Source: the human T2T-CHM13v2.0 reference genome, Homo sapiens | Length of the DNA: 64,000 nucleotides | NCBI RefSeq assembly: GCF_009914755.1 | Contig: NC_060932.1 | Reading direction: 5' to 3' (one strand) | Shown here: one piece after another, positions 1 through 15,019 of the stretch | Layout: each line of letters opens with the position of its first letter | Position numbering within the stretch: position 1 is the first letter of the stretch | Notes under the pieces: model-generated | What the model saw: only the letters and a program-made list of their open reading frames with translations | Told to the model about the DNA's origin: nothing | Database searches by the model: none | Program-made: the position numbers and the translations under genes

Positions 1-134
1 TGACAGAGCAAGACCCTGTCTCAAAAGAGAGAGAGAGAAAAAAAGAGAGAGTGAGAGAGAGAAAGAAAGAAAGAAAGAGAAAGAGAGAGACAGGGAAGGA
101 AGAAGGAAGGAAGGAAGAAAGGAAGGAAGGAAGA

Positions 135-2130
135 AACTAGATATTCCATTTACAATAGCATAAAAAAGGATACAATATTTAGGAATAGACTTTACCAAGG
201 AGACAACAGACTCGTATGCTAAAAACTACAAAACACTGCTTGAAGAAATCAAAGATGTAAATAAATGAAAAGATATCCCATGTTTATGGATTGAAAGGCT
301 TAATATTAAGATGGCAATACTATCCAAAGCAATCCACAGATTCAATGCAATCTCTATCAAAATCCAAATGGCTTGCATTTTGGTTTTGCAGAAATAGAAA
401 AACCCATGTTAAAATTCAAGAGACACCAAATAGCCAAAACAATATGGGGGGAAACGTGGTGCGGGGGGGAAGAAGTGTTCGAGTATTAAAAACAAAGTTG
501 GAAGACTCATACTTCCTCAGTTCCAAACTTACTACAAAACTACAGTAATCAAGTCAGTATAGTATTGACACAAGAACATAGAGACCAATGGAATAAAATA
601 AACAGCCCAGAGCCAGGTGTGGTGGATCACGCCTATAATCCCAACACTTTGGGAGGCCGAGGCGGGTGAATTACCTGAGGTCGGGAGCTCGAAATCAGCC
701 TGACCAACATGGAGAAACCCCATCTCTTCTAAAAATACAAAATTAGCCGGGTGTGGTGGCACATACCTGTAATCCCAGCTACTCAGGAGGCTAAGGCAAG
801 AGAATCGCTTGAATCCAGGAGGCGGAGGTTGTGGTGAGCCGAGATCACACTATTGCACTCCAGCCTAGGCAACAAGAGCGAAACTCCATTTCAAAAAAAA
901 AAAAAAAAAAAAGGATAAACAGCCCAGAAATAAACCCTTGCATATATGCTCAGTCGAATGCCAAAATCATTCAGTGTGGAAAATATAGTGTTTTCAACAA
1001 ATGGTGCTGGGAAAACTGGATATTCACCAGGAAAATAAAAAAACTGGATCTTTATTTTACATCATATACAAAAATTAGCTGAAATGAATTAAAGACCTAA
1101 ATGTAACAGCTAAACTTAAAACCTCTCAGAAGAAAACATAGGGGAAAATCTTAATAAAATTGAATTTGGCAATTATTTCTTGGATATGACATCAGAAGCA
1201 TAGGCCCAAAAAAGAGAGAGAGAGAAGAAGAAGGAGAAATAGCTAAATTGGATCTCATTACAATTAAAAACTTTTATTAATCAAGGGACATTATTGAAGT
1301 ATAAAAATACAACCTACAAAGAGGAGGAAAATATGTGCAAATTATATATCTGATAAAAGATTAATATCCAGAATATATAAAGAACTCCAAAACCTCAACA
1401 TCAACAACAAAACAATCCAATCCAAAAATGGACTAAGGGCTTGAATAGATATTTCTCCAAAGAAGATATGCAAATGGCCACTAAACACATGAAAACATGC
1501 TCAACATCACTAATCATTAGGGAAATGCAAATCAAAACCACAGTGAGATACCACTTCACCACTAGTCATAGGGTGGCTATTGTCAAAAAAAATTGAAAAT
1601 AACAAGTGTTAGTAAAGGTGCATCGCTGATGGGAATGTAAAATGATGCAGTCTCTGTGGAAGTTTGCTGTGTGAGCACAAAAGTATCTGAGACAGGTCTC
1701 AATCAATTTAGAAAGTTAATTTTGCCAAGGTTAAGGATGCACCCATGAACAGCCTCAGGAGGTCCTGATGACATGTGTTCAAGGCGGTTGGGGTACAATT
1801 TGCTTTTATACATTTTAGGGAGACAAAATACAATCAATCAATACATGTAAGATTTACATTGATTTGATCTGGAAGGTCAGGACAACTAGAAGTTGGAATC
1901 GGGGGGGTCATATGTAGATTATTAATTTTTCTGATGGCAATTTGTTAAAAGAGTTATTATCAAGGGGCCTCAGAAATTTATTTTTGGTTTACAGGTGGTT
2001 CCTACAAAAACTTAAATGTGGAATTGCCATATGAGACAGCAGTCCCACTTCTAGGTATATACCCAAAAGAATTAAAAGCAGAGACTCAGACACGTTTGTA
2101 CACCAATCACCCCAAACATTCATCAACAAA
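135..2130 (+). mobile_element. Old L1 (L1M/L1MB-like) ORF2 3' fragment, interrupted by an AluS (612-912) and an LTR piece
   Basis: Degenerate L1 ORF2 sequence (e.g. TTCAACAAATGGTGCTGGGAAAACTGGATATTC; GGAAATGCAAATCAAAACCACAGTGAGATACCAC); Alu TSD ATAAACAGCCCAGA at 598-611 and 915-928. Confidence 0.85.
1668..1965 (-). mobile_element. ERV1 MER4-group LTR fragment
   Basis: GAGACAGGTCTCAATCAATTTAGAAAG...CAGCCTCAGGAGGTCCTGATGACATGTG...TTTTATACATTTTAGGGAGAC resembles MER4A in reverse. Confidence 0.7.
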
Positions 2131-2142
2131 ATGTGGTGTGTA

Positions 2143-2144
<2 letters not shown>

Positions 2145-2181
<37 letters not shown>
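2145..2181. repeat. (GT)n microsatellite
   Basis: About 18 uninterrupted TG units. Confidence 0.95.
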
Positions 2182-2183
<2 letters not shown>

Positions 2184-3293
2184 CAGCCCCATCCCCATCC
2201 CTACCTCAGGAGAAGGGAGAGGAGCTACAGATTGAGTTTAATCACCAATGGCCAATGAGTCAACGAATCATGCCCCAATTATATTTGAGGGAAAATACTT
2301 GTAAGTGATAAATAAGTGAGAAATGTTGTAATAAATACAGGTGGCCAGGCACGGTGGCTCACAGTTGTAATCCCAGCACTTTGGGAGGCTAAGGGGGGCA
2401 TATCACTTGAGCTTAAGGGCTAGAGACCAGCCTGGGTAATATGATGAAACCCCATCTCTATAAAAAATACAAAAATTAGCCTGGGGGTTCAGCACATGCC
2501 TGTAGTCTCAGCTACTCAGGAGGCTGAGGTGGGCAGATCACCTGAGCCTGGGGAGGTCGAGGCTGCAATGAGCCGTGGTCACACCACTGCACTCCAGCCT
2601 GGGCAAGTGAGATCCTGCCTCAAAAAAAAAAAAAAAAGAAAGAAAGAAAGAAAAACTAAGGGTATGGACATAAAAGTGGAAACAACAACAGACACTGGGG
2701 ACTACTACAGGGGAGAGGGAAAAAGGCTAAGGGCTGATATACTATCTGTTGGGTCCTAGGTACTAGGATGAGATCATTCATACCCTAAACCTCAGAGTCA
2801 TGCAGTCACACATTATACCCATGTAACAAACCTGCACATGTACCCTCTGAATTTAAAAGTTGAAATTATTTTTAAAAGCCTAGGGGTGGGGGGGGGGGGG
2901 GGCACGATACTGAAATTGGAATGCTCTTTCTTATAGAATGCCGACTACTACCAGCCTGGCCAACATGAAAACCCCATCTCTATTAAACATACAAAAATTA
3001 GCCAGGCGTGGTGGCGCACACCTGTAATCCCAGCTACTTGGGAGGCTGACACATGAGAATTGCTTGAACCCAGGAAGCTGCAGTGAGCCGAGATCACACC
3101 ACTGCCCGCAGCAGAGTGAGACCCTGTCTCAAGAAAAAAGAAAAAAAGAAAAAAAAGAATGCCAACTAGTAAATATAGGATATGAGAAAATCACACTCTT
3201 GAATCCCTAGTAATAATTTATTCACACAAGAATCAATTCAAAAGATGCTAAAACAAGTTAACTAGTTAAGGTTTGATGAGGAACAGCTACATG

Positions 3294-3615
3294 CAGTTAT
3301 GTGCTACATAGTAACGTTTCAGTCAACAGTGGTCCCATAAGATTATAATACCTTATTTTTACTGTACCTTTTCTAAGTTTAGCTGTGTTTAGATACACAA
3401 AATACTATTGTGTTGCAATTGCCTACAGTATTCAGTAGTCACATGCTGTACAAGTTTGTAGGCTAGGAGCAACAGGCTATACCATACAGCCTATTTGTGT
3501 AGTAGGCTATACATTTAGCTTTGGGTAAGTATACTTTATGATGTTCACACAATGACAAAATCGCCTAACGATGCATTTCTAGAATATATTCCCATCATTA
3601 AGCAATGCATGACTG
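3294..3615 (+). mobile_element. Tigger3a/MER7-like TcMar-Tigger non-autonomous DNA transposon
   Basis: Termini CAGTTATGTG... and ...GCATGACTG followed by TA; internal GGTCCCATAAGATTATAATAC and TTGCCTACAGTATTCAGTA. Confidence 0.8.
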
Positions 3616-5216
3616 TAGACAGTCTCAAAGAATCTCAAAATAAGCTTCCTTATTACAAAGGGAAAAAAATAACAACTACAGGGAAGGAACCTGGTGAATG
3701 CCATCTCAGCCAAGTGATCAAAGTTATTGCCACTAATGACACAAACCAACATATGTGCCACCTGATGTGACGCCCTGGACAGAGCTGCAGCATCATTCAT
3801 GTTGTATTTCTAAAATAATGCATAGTCTGAATCAACTTGTAATGAAATGTGAGGCAAAAACAAAATGAGGGCTTATCTGCAAAATAAATGGTCCCCCCTC
3901 TCCAAAAAGGTCACTATCATTGAAGACAAAGAAGGGCTGAAGAATCATTCCAGATTAAAGGTGACTAAAGAAATAGGAAAACTAAATGCAATGTGTGATC
4001 CTTCCTTGGATGAATCAGGAAGAAAGATTGATATAAATTATATTACTGAGACAACTGGTGAAATTTAAATACAGTCTATAGATAATAGTATTATATCAAT
4101 CAAGATTTTCCTGATTTTTTTTATCATTGTCTTGTGGTTCTGTAAATGGATGATCTCACAGTCCAGGTAACAGTAAGGGGCATGGTATTTGCAATTTACT
4201 ATCAGATGATCTAGGAGAAAAAGTATAGATACATATGTGGAGACAGCGAGGGCAACAGGAGTGTGAAAAGAATAAAACAAATGTGACATGTTACCTTGGT
4301 GAATCTGGGTGAAGAGTGTATGGGAGTACTCTGCACTATAATTGCAACTTTTCTGTAAGCTTCGAATTGTTTCAGAATGAAAGTTTTTAAAAATGAGCAA
4401 GAAAAACTTCCCATAAGTGCGCCATGTTTACACTTCTGGAGAGAGGCTCTTCATACTTGCATCAGGTTCTGACTGTGAACACTCCTCAAAAAAGGGTCAA
4501 GACACATGAATAGAAGTGATAAGAAGGGAAAGAAAAATTATGAAAAAAAACTGATACACCTTCTTCCCATTACTTATATTTCTTTTGTTTTAATTTTTTT
4601 TTTTTTTTTTTTTTTGAGACAGGGTGTCATTCTGTTGCTGAGGCTGGAGTGCAGTGGCACAATCATGGCTCACTGCAGCCCTGACCTCTCCAGGCTCAAC
4701 CTTCCACCTCAGCCTCCCAGGTAGCTGTAACTGCAGGTGTGCACTACCATACCCAGCCGATTTTTGTGCGTTTTCTTGTAGAGACAGGATTTCACCCAGG
4801 CTGGTCTTGAATTCCTGGGCTCAAGTGACCCAGTTGCCTCAGCCTCCCAAAGTGTTAGGATGACAGGTGTGAGCCACTGAACCCAGCTTAATTTAAAAAC
4901 AAAAAAATTTTATTTGATAAGAGGTCTTGTTATGTTGTCCAGGTGGTCTCAAACTCCTGGCCTCAAGCAATCCTCCCAAAGTGCTGGGATTATAGGTGTG
5001 TGCCATCATGCCCAGCCATATTTCTATATTTAGTCATATTCTCTGACTCTTATAAATGGGAATTAAACTCAAATAGCAAAGATAAAGATCTGAAGCAATG
5101 ATGTTAGTCTGAATATCAGGGTTTTAAAAAAAGGTTTTAATTAAAGCAGTAAAACTTAAATATTGTAAAAATAATAGCTTTTGCCACATTAGCAATAAAT
5201 GCTGTTCTTTCTTTAG

Positions 5217-5384
<168 letters not shown>

Positions 5385-5663
5385 TAAAACTCAATAGTTG
5401 ACCCAAAACAAATTTCTCATTCATTTTATATCATTTATTCATTCATTCTGAAATATTTCATCAATTTTGAACCAAACACTGCTCACTGGTGGGGGGAGGA
5501 AACTGCAAGTAATCATTAATTGACTCTTCTCATTGACCACAAAATTAAAATATATTTATTACACTGGAAAGTGAAGTTTCTTCATTGTGGCTAGATCAAA
5601 GAATATGATTATAGGTGAGAAATGTGTAAAGAGTACAACAAAAAAATCAATTTAAAATGACTA

Positions 5664-5822
<159 letters not shown>

Positions 5823-5856
5823 TCATGTAATCCCAGCTACTCAGGAGGCTCCTTCA

Positions 5857-5961
<105 letters not shown>

Positions 5962-6032
5962 TCAGAAAAAAAAAAAAAAAGATTTTTAAAATGTCACATG
6001 TAATTTCTCAAGAAAATTAACTGCAACTCAGG

Positions 6033-6053
6033 TTTATTTTCACATTGTTTAAT
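6033..6053 (-). terminator. TMEM68: Candidate TMEM68 polyadenylation signals (ATTAAA 6053-6048, AATAAA 6038-6033; another AATAAA at 6440-6435)
   Basis: Hexamers on the minus strand about 1.0-1.4 kb past the stop codon, at the end of AT-rich, largely unique 3'UTR-like sequence. Confidence 0.55.
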
Positions 6054-6265
6054 TTTATGTACATTTCACATATCATAAATACACACAATACAAAAAGCTA
6101 TACAAAAACCCTACTAATTCAACATTTAAAAAAGGGAGAGGGAGATACTGCATTTGATTTCTGACACTTTTCTGTTTAAATAATACTTAAATTCAGTTTT
6201 CAAGAAGACAACAAATTGAAAATCATTAATTTTTCAGAGGGCTTTGTGTTCACATAAATTCATCA

Positions 6266-6487
<222 letters not shown>

Positions 6488-7406
6488 TCAATATTGAGCA
6501 AAAGTAGAGAACTCTTGCTTTCCTCAGCCTAGAATCAGCTTCTAACACACGAAATGCAGAGCACAACAGTGATTTTTAAGCTGGCATTATTAAGACCACA
6601 GTATAGGGCTGACAATGCACAGCACACCCTATATTGTTTGCCTATAGACTCTTGTTAAAAATATCATACTAAAAATAATAATTAGAAATTTTATTTTTCC
6701 TAATTTTTTATTCAATTTAAAAAATAATACATCTTTTTCATTGTGCTTGGCAACTGGACATGACATAATTTAAACACACAATGGAGAAAATATATACATA
6801 ACTGCTAAAGGATTTTGACATTGTTTAAATTAATTATTTTATTATTTTGGTTCAACAGTTATCAATCACAGTAAATATAAATAACAAAATAATATCATTC
6901 ATCATACGATCATGTTTTTAAAAAGTGAATTGTTGAGGCACAAAAACATTACGTGACTTGCCCAAGGTCATGAAGGGAATGAGGGGCAGACAACAGCATG
7001 TTTTTTCTAACTTAAACAACTATACTAACCCCTAGCTTATACCATCTTTCAAAATCAGCTCAGGGCGACAGATACAGAAATTTAACGCATTATCCAGGAA
7101 TGTTTGTTTAACCTAAACTGCTGTTATTAATAAACTTAAGAATCTATATGTTTAGCATAAATTGTTAGGAATTTACAAATAAGACATCTTTTTCTGAATT
7201 ACTAGGTGTGTAATTTGTTAGTATTTGACACAATTGCAAAAACAAAATTGACTATTTTAAAGAAACGAATTCTGTGAAAGATGCTTATTAACATGATTTT
7301 TTTAAAAAATACTAATTATAGGACCTACAAAATTCAGAAGACAGTACCTTAGATACAAACATTTAATATAAATGTACTAAATCATCTTCTAGTTGACCCT
7401 TTGTTA

Positions 7407-7493
7407 TCAATGAAAACGTTCTAACAAAGCACTCATAATGTTTCCTGGTATTCTTTGGTGCTTATCAATCAAAGCTTGAACAGCATTCTTCGT
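7407..7493 (-). CDS. TMEM68: TMEM68 last coding exon (TKNAVQALIDKHQRIPGNIMSALLERFH*)
   Basis: TTAATAG|ACG acceptor; TGA at 7409-7407; summed CDS 325+168+194+61+140+87=975 nt = 324 aa + stop. Confidence 0.96.
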   Translation of the reverse strand, partial: TKNAVQALIDKHQRIPGNIMSALLERFH

Positions 7494-8011
7494 CTATTAA
7501 GAAAACAAAAGAAAAGCTATTGTTAGTAGATCTTAATATAGACTGATTTATCTCCCATTACCCCTCAGAATTAATGATTTCCTTCTCAGTACACCTGAAG
7601 CTTATATATTTCTCTTTTTTATAGAGATGGGGTTTCACTATGTTTCCCAGGCTGTTCTCGAACTCCTGGGGCTCAAGCAATTCTCCCACCTTGGCCTTCC
7701 AATGTGCTGGGATTACAGGCATGGGCCACTGTGCCTGGCTGCAGCATATTTCTTATACTTATTTTATTAAGCCTTCAATTATAGTTGTTGTCCACGTGTC
7801 TATTTTCTATATCAGACTGTAAGCTCCTTAAGATACATCTTAGAATTTCTCCAGCATTAAGCACAGCAACACCTTGCACATGATAAACACTAAAGGGGAC
7901 TTAAAGAGGAAAAAAAATAGAAAAATTTCGAGTAGGCAAATGGAAGACTTAGTCCTTTCCAGCTATTAGTAAATTCTAATGTATATTTTCTTTTATCACC
8001 ATACATACTGA

Positions 8012-8161
<150 letters not shown>

Positions 8162-8177
8162 TAGACTTTAACCTTTA

Positions 8178-8569
<392 letters not shown>

Positions 8570-9349
8570 CTACTTCATACAGTTATAAGGATTAAATGAA
8601 ACTGAAGGGACATCTTCAGGTACTTAACACAGTGACTGCCACAGAGGTTGTGTTCCGTGATGTGTATTAAGTGTATCTCTAGAATTTTATTTATTCATTC
8701 GAAAAATATTAGATGCTTTGGAAATCATAATATTAGTGAAACAAATCTCTAATCTCAAGGAGCTCATAACTTAAAACGAAGAATCAAGTACAAAGTAACT
8801 AAAATGTGAGATCATTGGTGATGCATACCATCTGAAGTGTGAAAAGAAAGTGTTCAGAAGTTCAGACCTGAGAGCCCACTGGGTAGGCAGTGAGCAGGGG
8901 AGGACACATGAACAGGGTATTGTTTGGTGCGGGTCTCCAGGGACCCATAATATTCCAATAATGGTAAAGGAAGGAGCATGAGAAGAAAAGAGTCCAGGAA
9001 AACCACTGTGTAAGGAATGGTGAGTTAGCCAGTTTTACTGGAGTTTCAGGTATTCAAAAGCTGGGTAAGGTAAGGCTTTAAAATTAATTTCAATTAAATC
9101 ATGAAGGGAGTTAAATACCAAGTAAAAAAGCATAGACTTTGAGTATATAAAGTAAAAATGTATAGACTTGTACCAAGTAAAAAAGTACAAACTGGTGGGG
9201 CATGCCTGTAATTCCAGCTATTTGGGAGGCTGAGATACGACAATCACTTGAATCTGGGAGACGGAGGTTGCATTGAGTCGAGACTGCACCACTGCACTGC
9301 AGCCAGGGTTACAGAGTAAGACTGTCTCAAAAAGGAAAGAAAGAAAAGA

Positions 9350-9680
9350 GGGAAATCCTATCACGTGATACAACATAGATGAACCTTGAGGACATTATGT
9401 TAACTGAAATAAGTCAATGACAAAAAGACAAATACCGTATGATTTCACTCATATGAGGTATCTAAAGTGGTCAAAGTCTTAGAAAAGTAGAATGGTGGTT
9501 GCTAGGAGCTGGAGGAAGGGGAAATGGGAAGTTGGTGTTCAACAGGTATAGTCCGTTTTGCAAGATGAAAAAATTCTAGAGACCTGTTGCTCAATAATGT
9601 GAATGTACTTAACAGTACTGAACTGTATGCTTAAAAATGGTTAAGATAGTACATGTATGTGTTTTTACCATAATTTGTTT
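9350..9680 (+). mobile_element. L1MB-like 3' end fragment
   Basis: ATGAACCTTGAGGACATTATGTTAACTGAAATAAGTCA...ACTGAACTGTATGCTTAAAAATGGTTAAGAT. Confidence 0.8.
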
Positions 9681-10514
9681 TACTATGTTTTACCATATTA
9701 TGTGTTTACCATATGTTTTACCATAATGTTTTTACCATAATTTATATTTTAAAATATAAATCAGACTATATATATACCAAAGACTATATAAAAGTCATAA
9801 TCAAAATATAATCATCCCATTTTATTTTTTGAGAGACAGTGTCTCACTCTGTTGCCCAGGCTGGAGTGCAGTGGCACAATCATAGTTCACTGTAACCTTG
9901 ACCTCCTGGCTTCATGATATCCTCCTACCTCAGCCTCCCAAGGTGCCGGGATTACAAGTGTGAGCCACCAAGCATGGCCCATTCATCCCATTTTCTAAGT
10001 GATTCAGTTAACATAACATTTATTGCATTTAACAAGAATGGGGTAAAAAAGAAAAAAAGGAGAACATGACATTTGTAGGGTTTTTTTTTTTTTGTAGTTT
10101 TATACTCTCTGAAAGTATAATTATGAGGCAGGCAGGCTTTTCTCCTCTTTATCCTCCTTCATCTCTTTGCAAAAACTAACATTACTGACCATTCCCACTT
10201 TTTACTAAAACCTCACCTGCTGACTTCTGTCACACAAATTTACTTGTTCTCTTACCTCTCTGCCAGTTCTCTTTCAGTCAGCTCTGGCACTTCTTCGTTG
10301 GCCTTCTCCTTCAGTGCTACATCTCCTGAAGTCTGTTCTCAGCACTTTTCTTTCTTTCTCACCTGCCTTGTAAAGCTCATGGCTTAAGTAACTGTCTCAG
10401 TGCAAATGACTGAAATCTCCATCATCAATTCTGACTTTCTCCCAAACTCCAGTCCAATATTTCCAAAAACCTATGCATAGGAATATATTCCTATCCTACA
10501 AGTTACCATAAATT

Positions 10515-10651
10515 CTATCACTGGCCCCCACCCACTAAATGTCTGTAGCACTCCCCTCACGGCCCCAACTCCTGCCTGTAGTGACAATAAGTCTCCAGGG
10601 ATTAGCAAATGTTCCCTAGGGTATACAATCACCTCTGGTTGAGAACCACTG
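10515..10651 (+). mobile_element. MER20-like hAT-Charlie fragment
   Basis: CCCACTAAATGTCTGTAGCAC...CAAATGTTCCCTAGG...GGTTGAGAACCACTG terminus. Confidence 0.65.
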
Positions 10652-10755
10652 ACCTAGACATGCTTGTAGAATATAAAAATAAATCAATGAGATTCAAAAT
10701 ATAATAATTGAAAATAAAAATCTGTCCTAAAACTAAAAAAGAAAAAGCAATTTAC

Positions 10756-10895
10756 CTTTTCAGCTAATTCTTCCGCTGTTATCTGTGGGTCATACGGAAT
10801 GGGGTCGCCTAAATAGGTCCGTAACTTCACTGGAAAACCTCCATACATTGGAGCAAATGGATAGCGGAATTTTTCATAAAGCCACCTAAATAACC
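10756..10895 (-). CDS. TMEM68: TMEM68 coding exon 5 (RLFRWLYEKFRYPFAPMYGGFPVKLRTYLGDPIPYDPQITAEELAEK)
   Basis: AAACAG|GG acceptor, AAG|GTAAAT donor, 140 nt. Confidence 0.96.
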
Positions 10896-11554
10896 CTGTT
10901 TTAGAGTAAACACAATCATTTTAACTTGTTAAGTATTCTGACCATGTAACTGTAAACTTTCAAATTAATTATGTAGGACTTACAGGAAGGTGGCAAAAAG
11001 TATCACTTCTTGGCAATTAATACAATTTTTTTAAAAAGAAGAGCTTTTCATCAATTTTAACAAATATATCACACCAATGCAAGATATTAATAATAGGAGA
11101 AACTAGGGGATGGTGAGAAGATTTATGAGAACTCTCTGTACTTTCTATAAACATAAAAATGCCCCCCAAAAAAGTTTATTAATTATTTTTTAAAATGAGC
11201 TTTTAAAGTACAGGAATTAAACAAAAATAAGTAAACAATGAATAAATAAAAATAAAATACAGTAATTTTAAAAGGCAAACAAGTTACTATTATTGCAAAA
11301 CAAAGGCTAAACTGCTACCAAACTACTAGAGGTGAAAAAGTCTATAGAGTCTCACAAATAAGTAACTTAGATAAATAAAAGACCAAAAAAAGGAAGAATA
11401 AATTTATGTAAATATGAGACTATAATGCAAAATAAACTAGGTAAAGACAAAATAATATTATGAATTAGGAAAAACACATCAAAGCAAATAACTACTAATA
11501 CTAATGACCAAACATGAAATTTACCAGGATTAAATAAAAGTGGTAGTAATATAA

Positions 11555-11882
<328 letters not shown>

Positions 11883-12336
11883 GCTACAAAATATTTTTAA
11901 AAACAACAAGAAGTGACAAATAAACCAAAGCAAATGCTATTTCCTTAGGTAGTTAATCTTAGTTCAATATCATATTTTCATCCATTTTTAAAGCTGTAAC
12001 TTCTGGGGTGAGTTAAAAAGATTGTTGGGATAGTTTGTAAATGTATTCTAAACCTTGTCACCATGGTTTAAAACAATAAACTAGCTAATTCACTGTGAAG
12101 TTTTTAAAAGCCCATTTGAAGAACTTCAGTGTGTATATGTACTCTCAACAAAAATTCAGCATTAAGAACTGTCATTACGTAGAACTAGTTATCATTTGGA
12201 CTTTAAACAGAAAAACGTCTAAATAGTATATCCATTTTCTAAAGATAATAATTCAAAAGGTTTCCTTGTAGGGTTCAACAGCCCAAATATTTTAAAAATT
12301 ACATTGTAATTTAAAACCATACAAATCAGAACTTAC

Positions 12337-12397
12337 TTGTTCCTCCAAGTGATCTAAATCCTTCTCGAATATTTTGTGTAAACATAGGAATAATGGG
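12337..12397 (-). CDS. TMEM68: TMEM68 coding exon 4 (PIIPMFTQNIREGFRSLGGT)
   Basis: TTTCTTTAG|CCC acceptor, ACAA|GTAAGT donor, 61 nt, frame consistent. Confidence 0.95.
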
Positions 12398-12503
12398 CTA
12401 AAGAAAAGGAGAATTTGAATTAAAAAGTAAATAAATTAATCCATTCAATGTCTCCATTAGAGTAACTAATGCAAACTTTTTTTTTTTAAGAAAGAGAAAA
12501 GGC

Positions 12504-12593
12504 ACCTATGGCCATGCCACCCTGAACATGCCCAATCTCGTCTGATCCCAGAAGCTAAGCAGGGTCGGGTCTCGTTAGTATTGGCATGGGAGA
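12504..12593 (+). pseudogene. 5S rRNA retropseudogene, 3'-truncated (about nt 1-90 of 5S), antisense in a TMEM68 intron
   Basis: ACCTATGGCCATGCCACCCTGAACATGCCCAATCTCGTCTGATCCCAGAAGCTAAGCAGGGTCGGG...TGGGAGA aligns to 5S rRNA; 14-nt TSD AGAAAGAGAAAAGG at 12489-12502 and 12591-12604. Confidence 0.93.
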
Positions 12594-13112
12594 AAGAGAA
12601 AAGGGGTACAAATTCATTAGCATGGGGGCGTGAGGGGATCACAAAGTGATTATGCAAACTTTTGAGGGCCTGTTTGATATTATGAAAATAAAATATTTTT
12701 AAAATAAAAGCACACGATTAGTCTATCAACTAAATTCAACTTGATCATTTGTAAAAATAGAAATTGGAAACACTACCCTCCAGTGGTAATATATAATATT
12801 TCATTGACCAGTTTTCCTAACATTTCACATAAAACCTTGAAACTCAAAATAGAGATTACAGTAATCATTAATTTCACTAAATAAAATGAATGTGGTAAAC
12901 TGAATTGTCTTTAGTGGGCTACTGAATAGTACGCTCACTGGAGAAAAGTTGCAAGCAGGGATTCTAAGGGTAATTTTTCGGGGGGAGTTGGGGACAGAGT
13001 CTCACTCTGTGGCTCAGGCTGGATTGCAGTGGCGTGATCACGGCTCACTGCAGTCTCAACCTCCCAGGTTCAAGCAATCCTCCAACCTTAGTTTCCCAAA
13101 GTGTTAGGATTA

Positions 13113-13442
<330 letters not shown>

Positions 13443-14357
13443 TTATCCAGTTGCGGTGGTACGTGCCTGTAGTCTCAGTTACCTGGGAGGCTGAGGTGGG
13501 AGGATTGTTTAAGACCAGGAGGCAGAGGTTGCAGTGAACCAAGATCACACCACTGCACTCCAGTAAGGGCAATAGAGCGAGACACTGTCTCCCAAAAAAA
13601 AAAAAAAAAAAAAAAAAAGAATTCTCCATAATTGATTGTAGAGAATTTCTGCTAATAAGTTCATGATTTTTATTCTCCAAAAATATCAATGATTCAGTAT
13701 ATTTTTAATAATGAAAACCTTAAATACATATAAAATAATGAAGTATTGATATGTAAAGAGGTTATGCCACTGTGAATACTAAAATAGATAAAAAATTGAA
13801 TGAAACACTTAAAAATATACATAATATACTGAATTAAATGATGTTTCAGAATAGATAAAATTTTGGTTGGGGGAGTATTACATTACTTACAGTCAACCAT
13901 GAGTAAATGCCTAATATAAAATTACCTGCTTAATAGGTGAGATATTTAAATAAGCTTAAAAGTTATTCCTACTAAGCTTTGGAAAATAGTAAAATACAGT
14001 GGACTAAAGGAAAGAGACTACAGGCAAAGCCTTCATAAAACCTACTACTTCACATATAACTAACCAATCATTTGTTATATCTCTCCTCTCGCCAGAAGGA
14101 AGACGCCTAATATACTGCAAGGACATTGTTTTGTTCACTGTTGTATAGCACCTAGAACTGTGCCTGGAATCCACTAGGTGCTAACAGAAAGTGAGATGGA
14201 GGAATTAAACAAACAGTGAGTAAACAGAGCAAAGAGACAATGCTTCTAAATGAATTAATTTGTATTCTCTGAATACAAAAGTCAGAAATAGACAGCAGCA
14301 ATCTCAAAATCAGTTAGGAAAAGGGGAGAAGTTAGGTAAAGAAAAGAAGCGCAGTCA

Positions 14358-14694
<337 letters not shown>

Positions 14695-14830
14695 TTAACT
14701 CATAAAGCTAAAACACAAGAAGATAAAGAAGACAAAATACACTGAATTATTTATACATATAAGTAAATATAGTTTATTTGCTTGTTTTTGTAGAGATGGG
14801 TTCTTGCTTTGTTGCTCAGGCTAGTCTTGA

Positions 14831-15019
<189 letters not shown>

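Noticed and set aside
25-135. (GA)n/(GGAA)n tract as an ETS-fusion response microsatellite
   Set aside because: GGAA runs are short (about 3 consecutive) and interrupted; ordinary Alu-tail derivative
291-1082. ORFs with L1 ORF2-like peptides
   Set aside because: Frameshifted fragments of a dead L1 interrupted by an Alu; not functional
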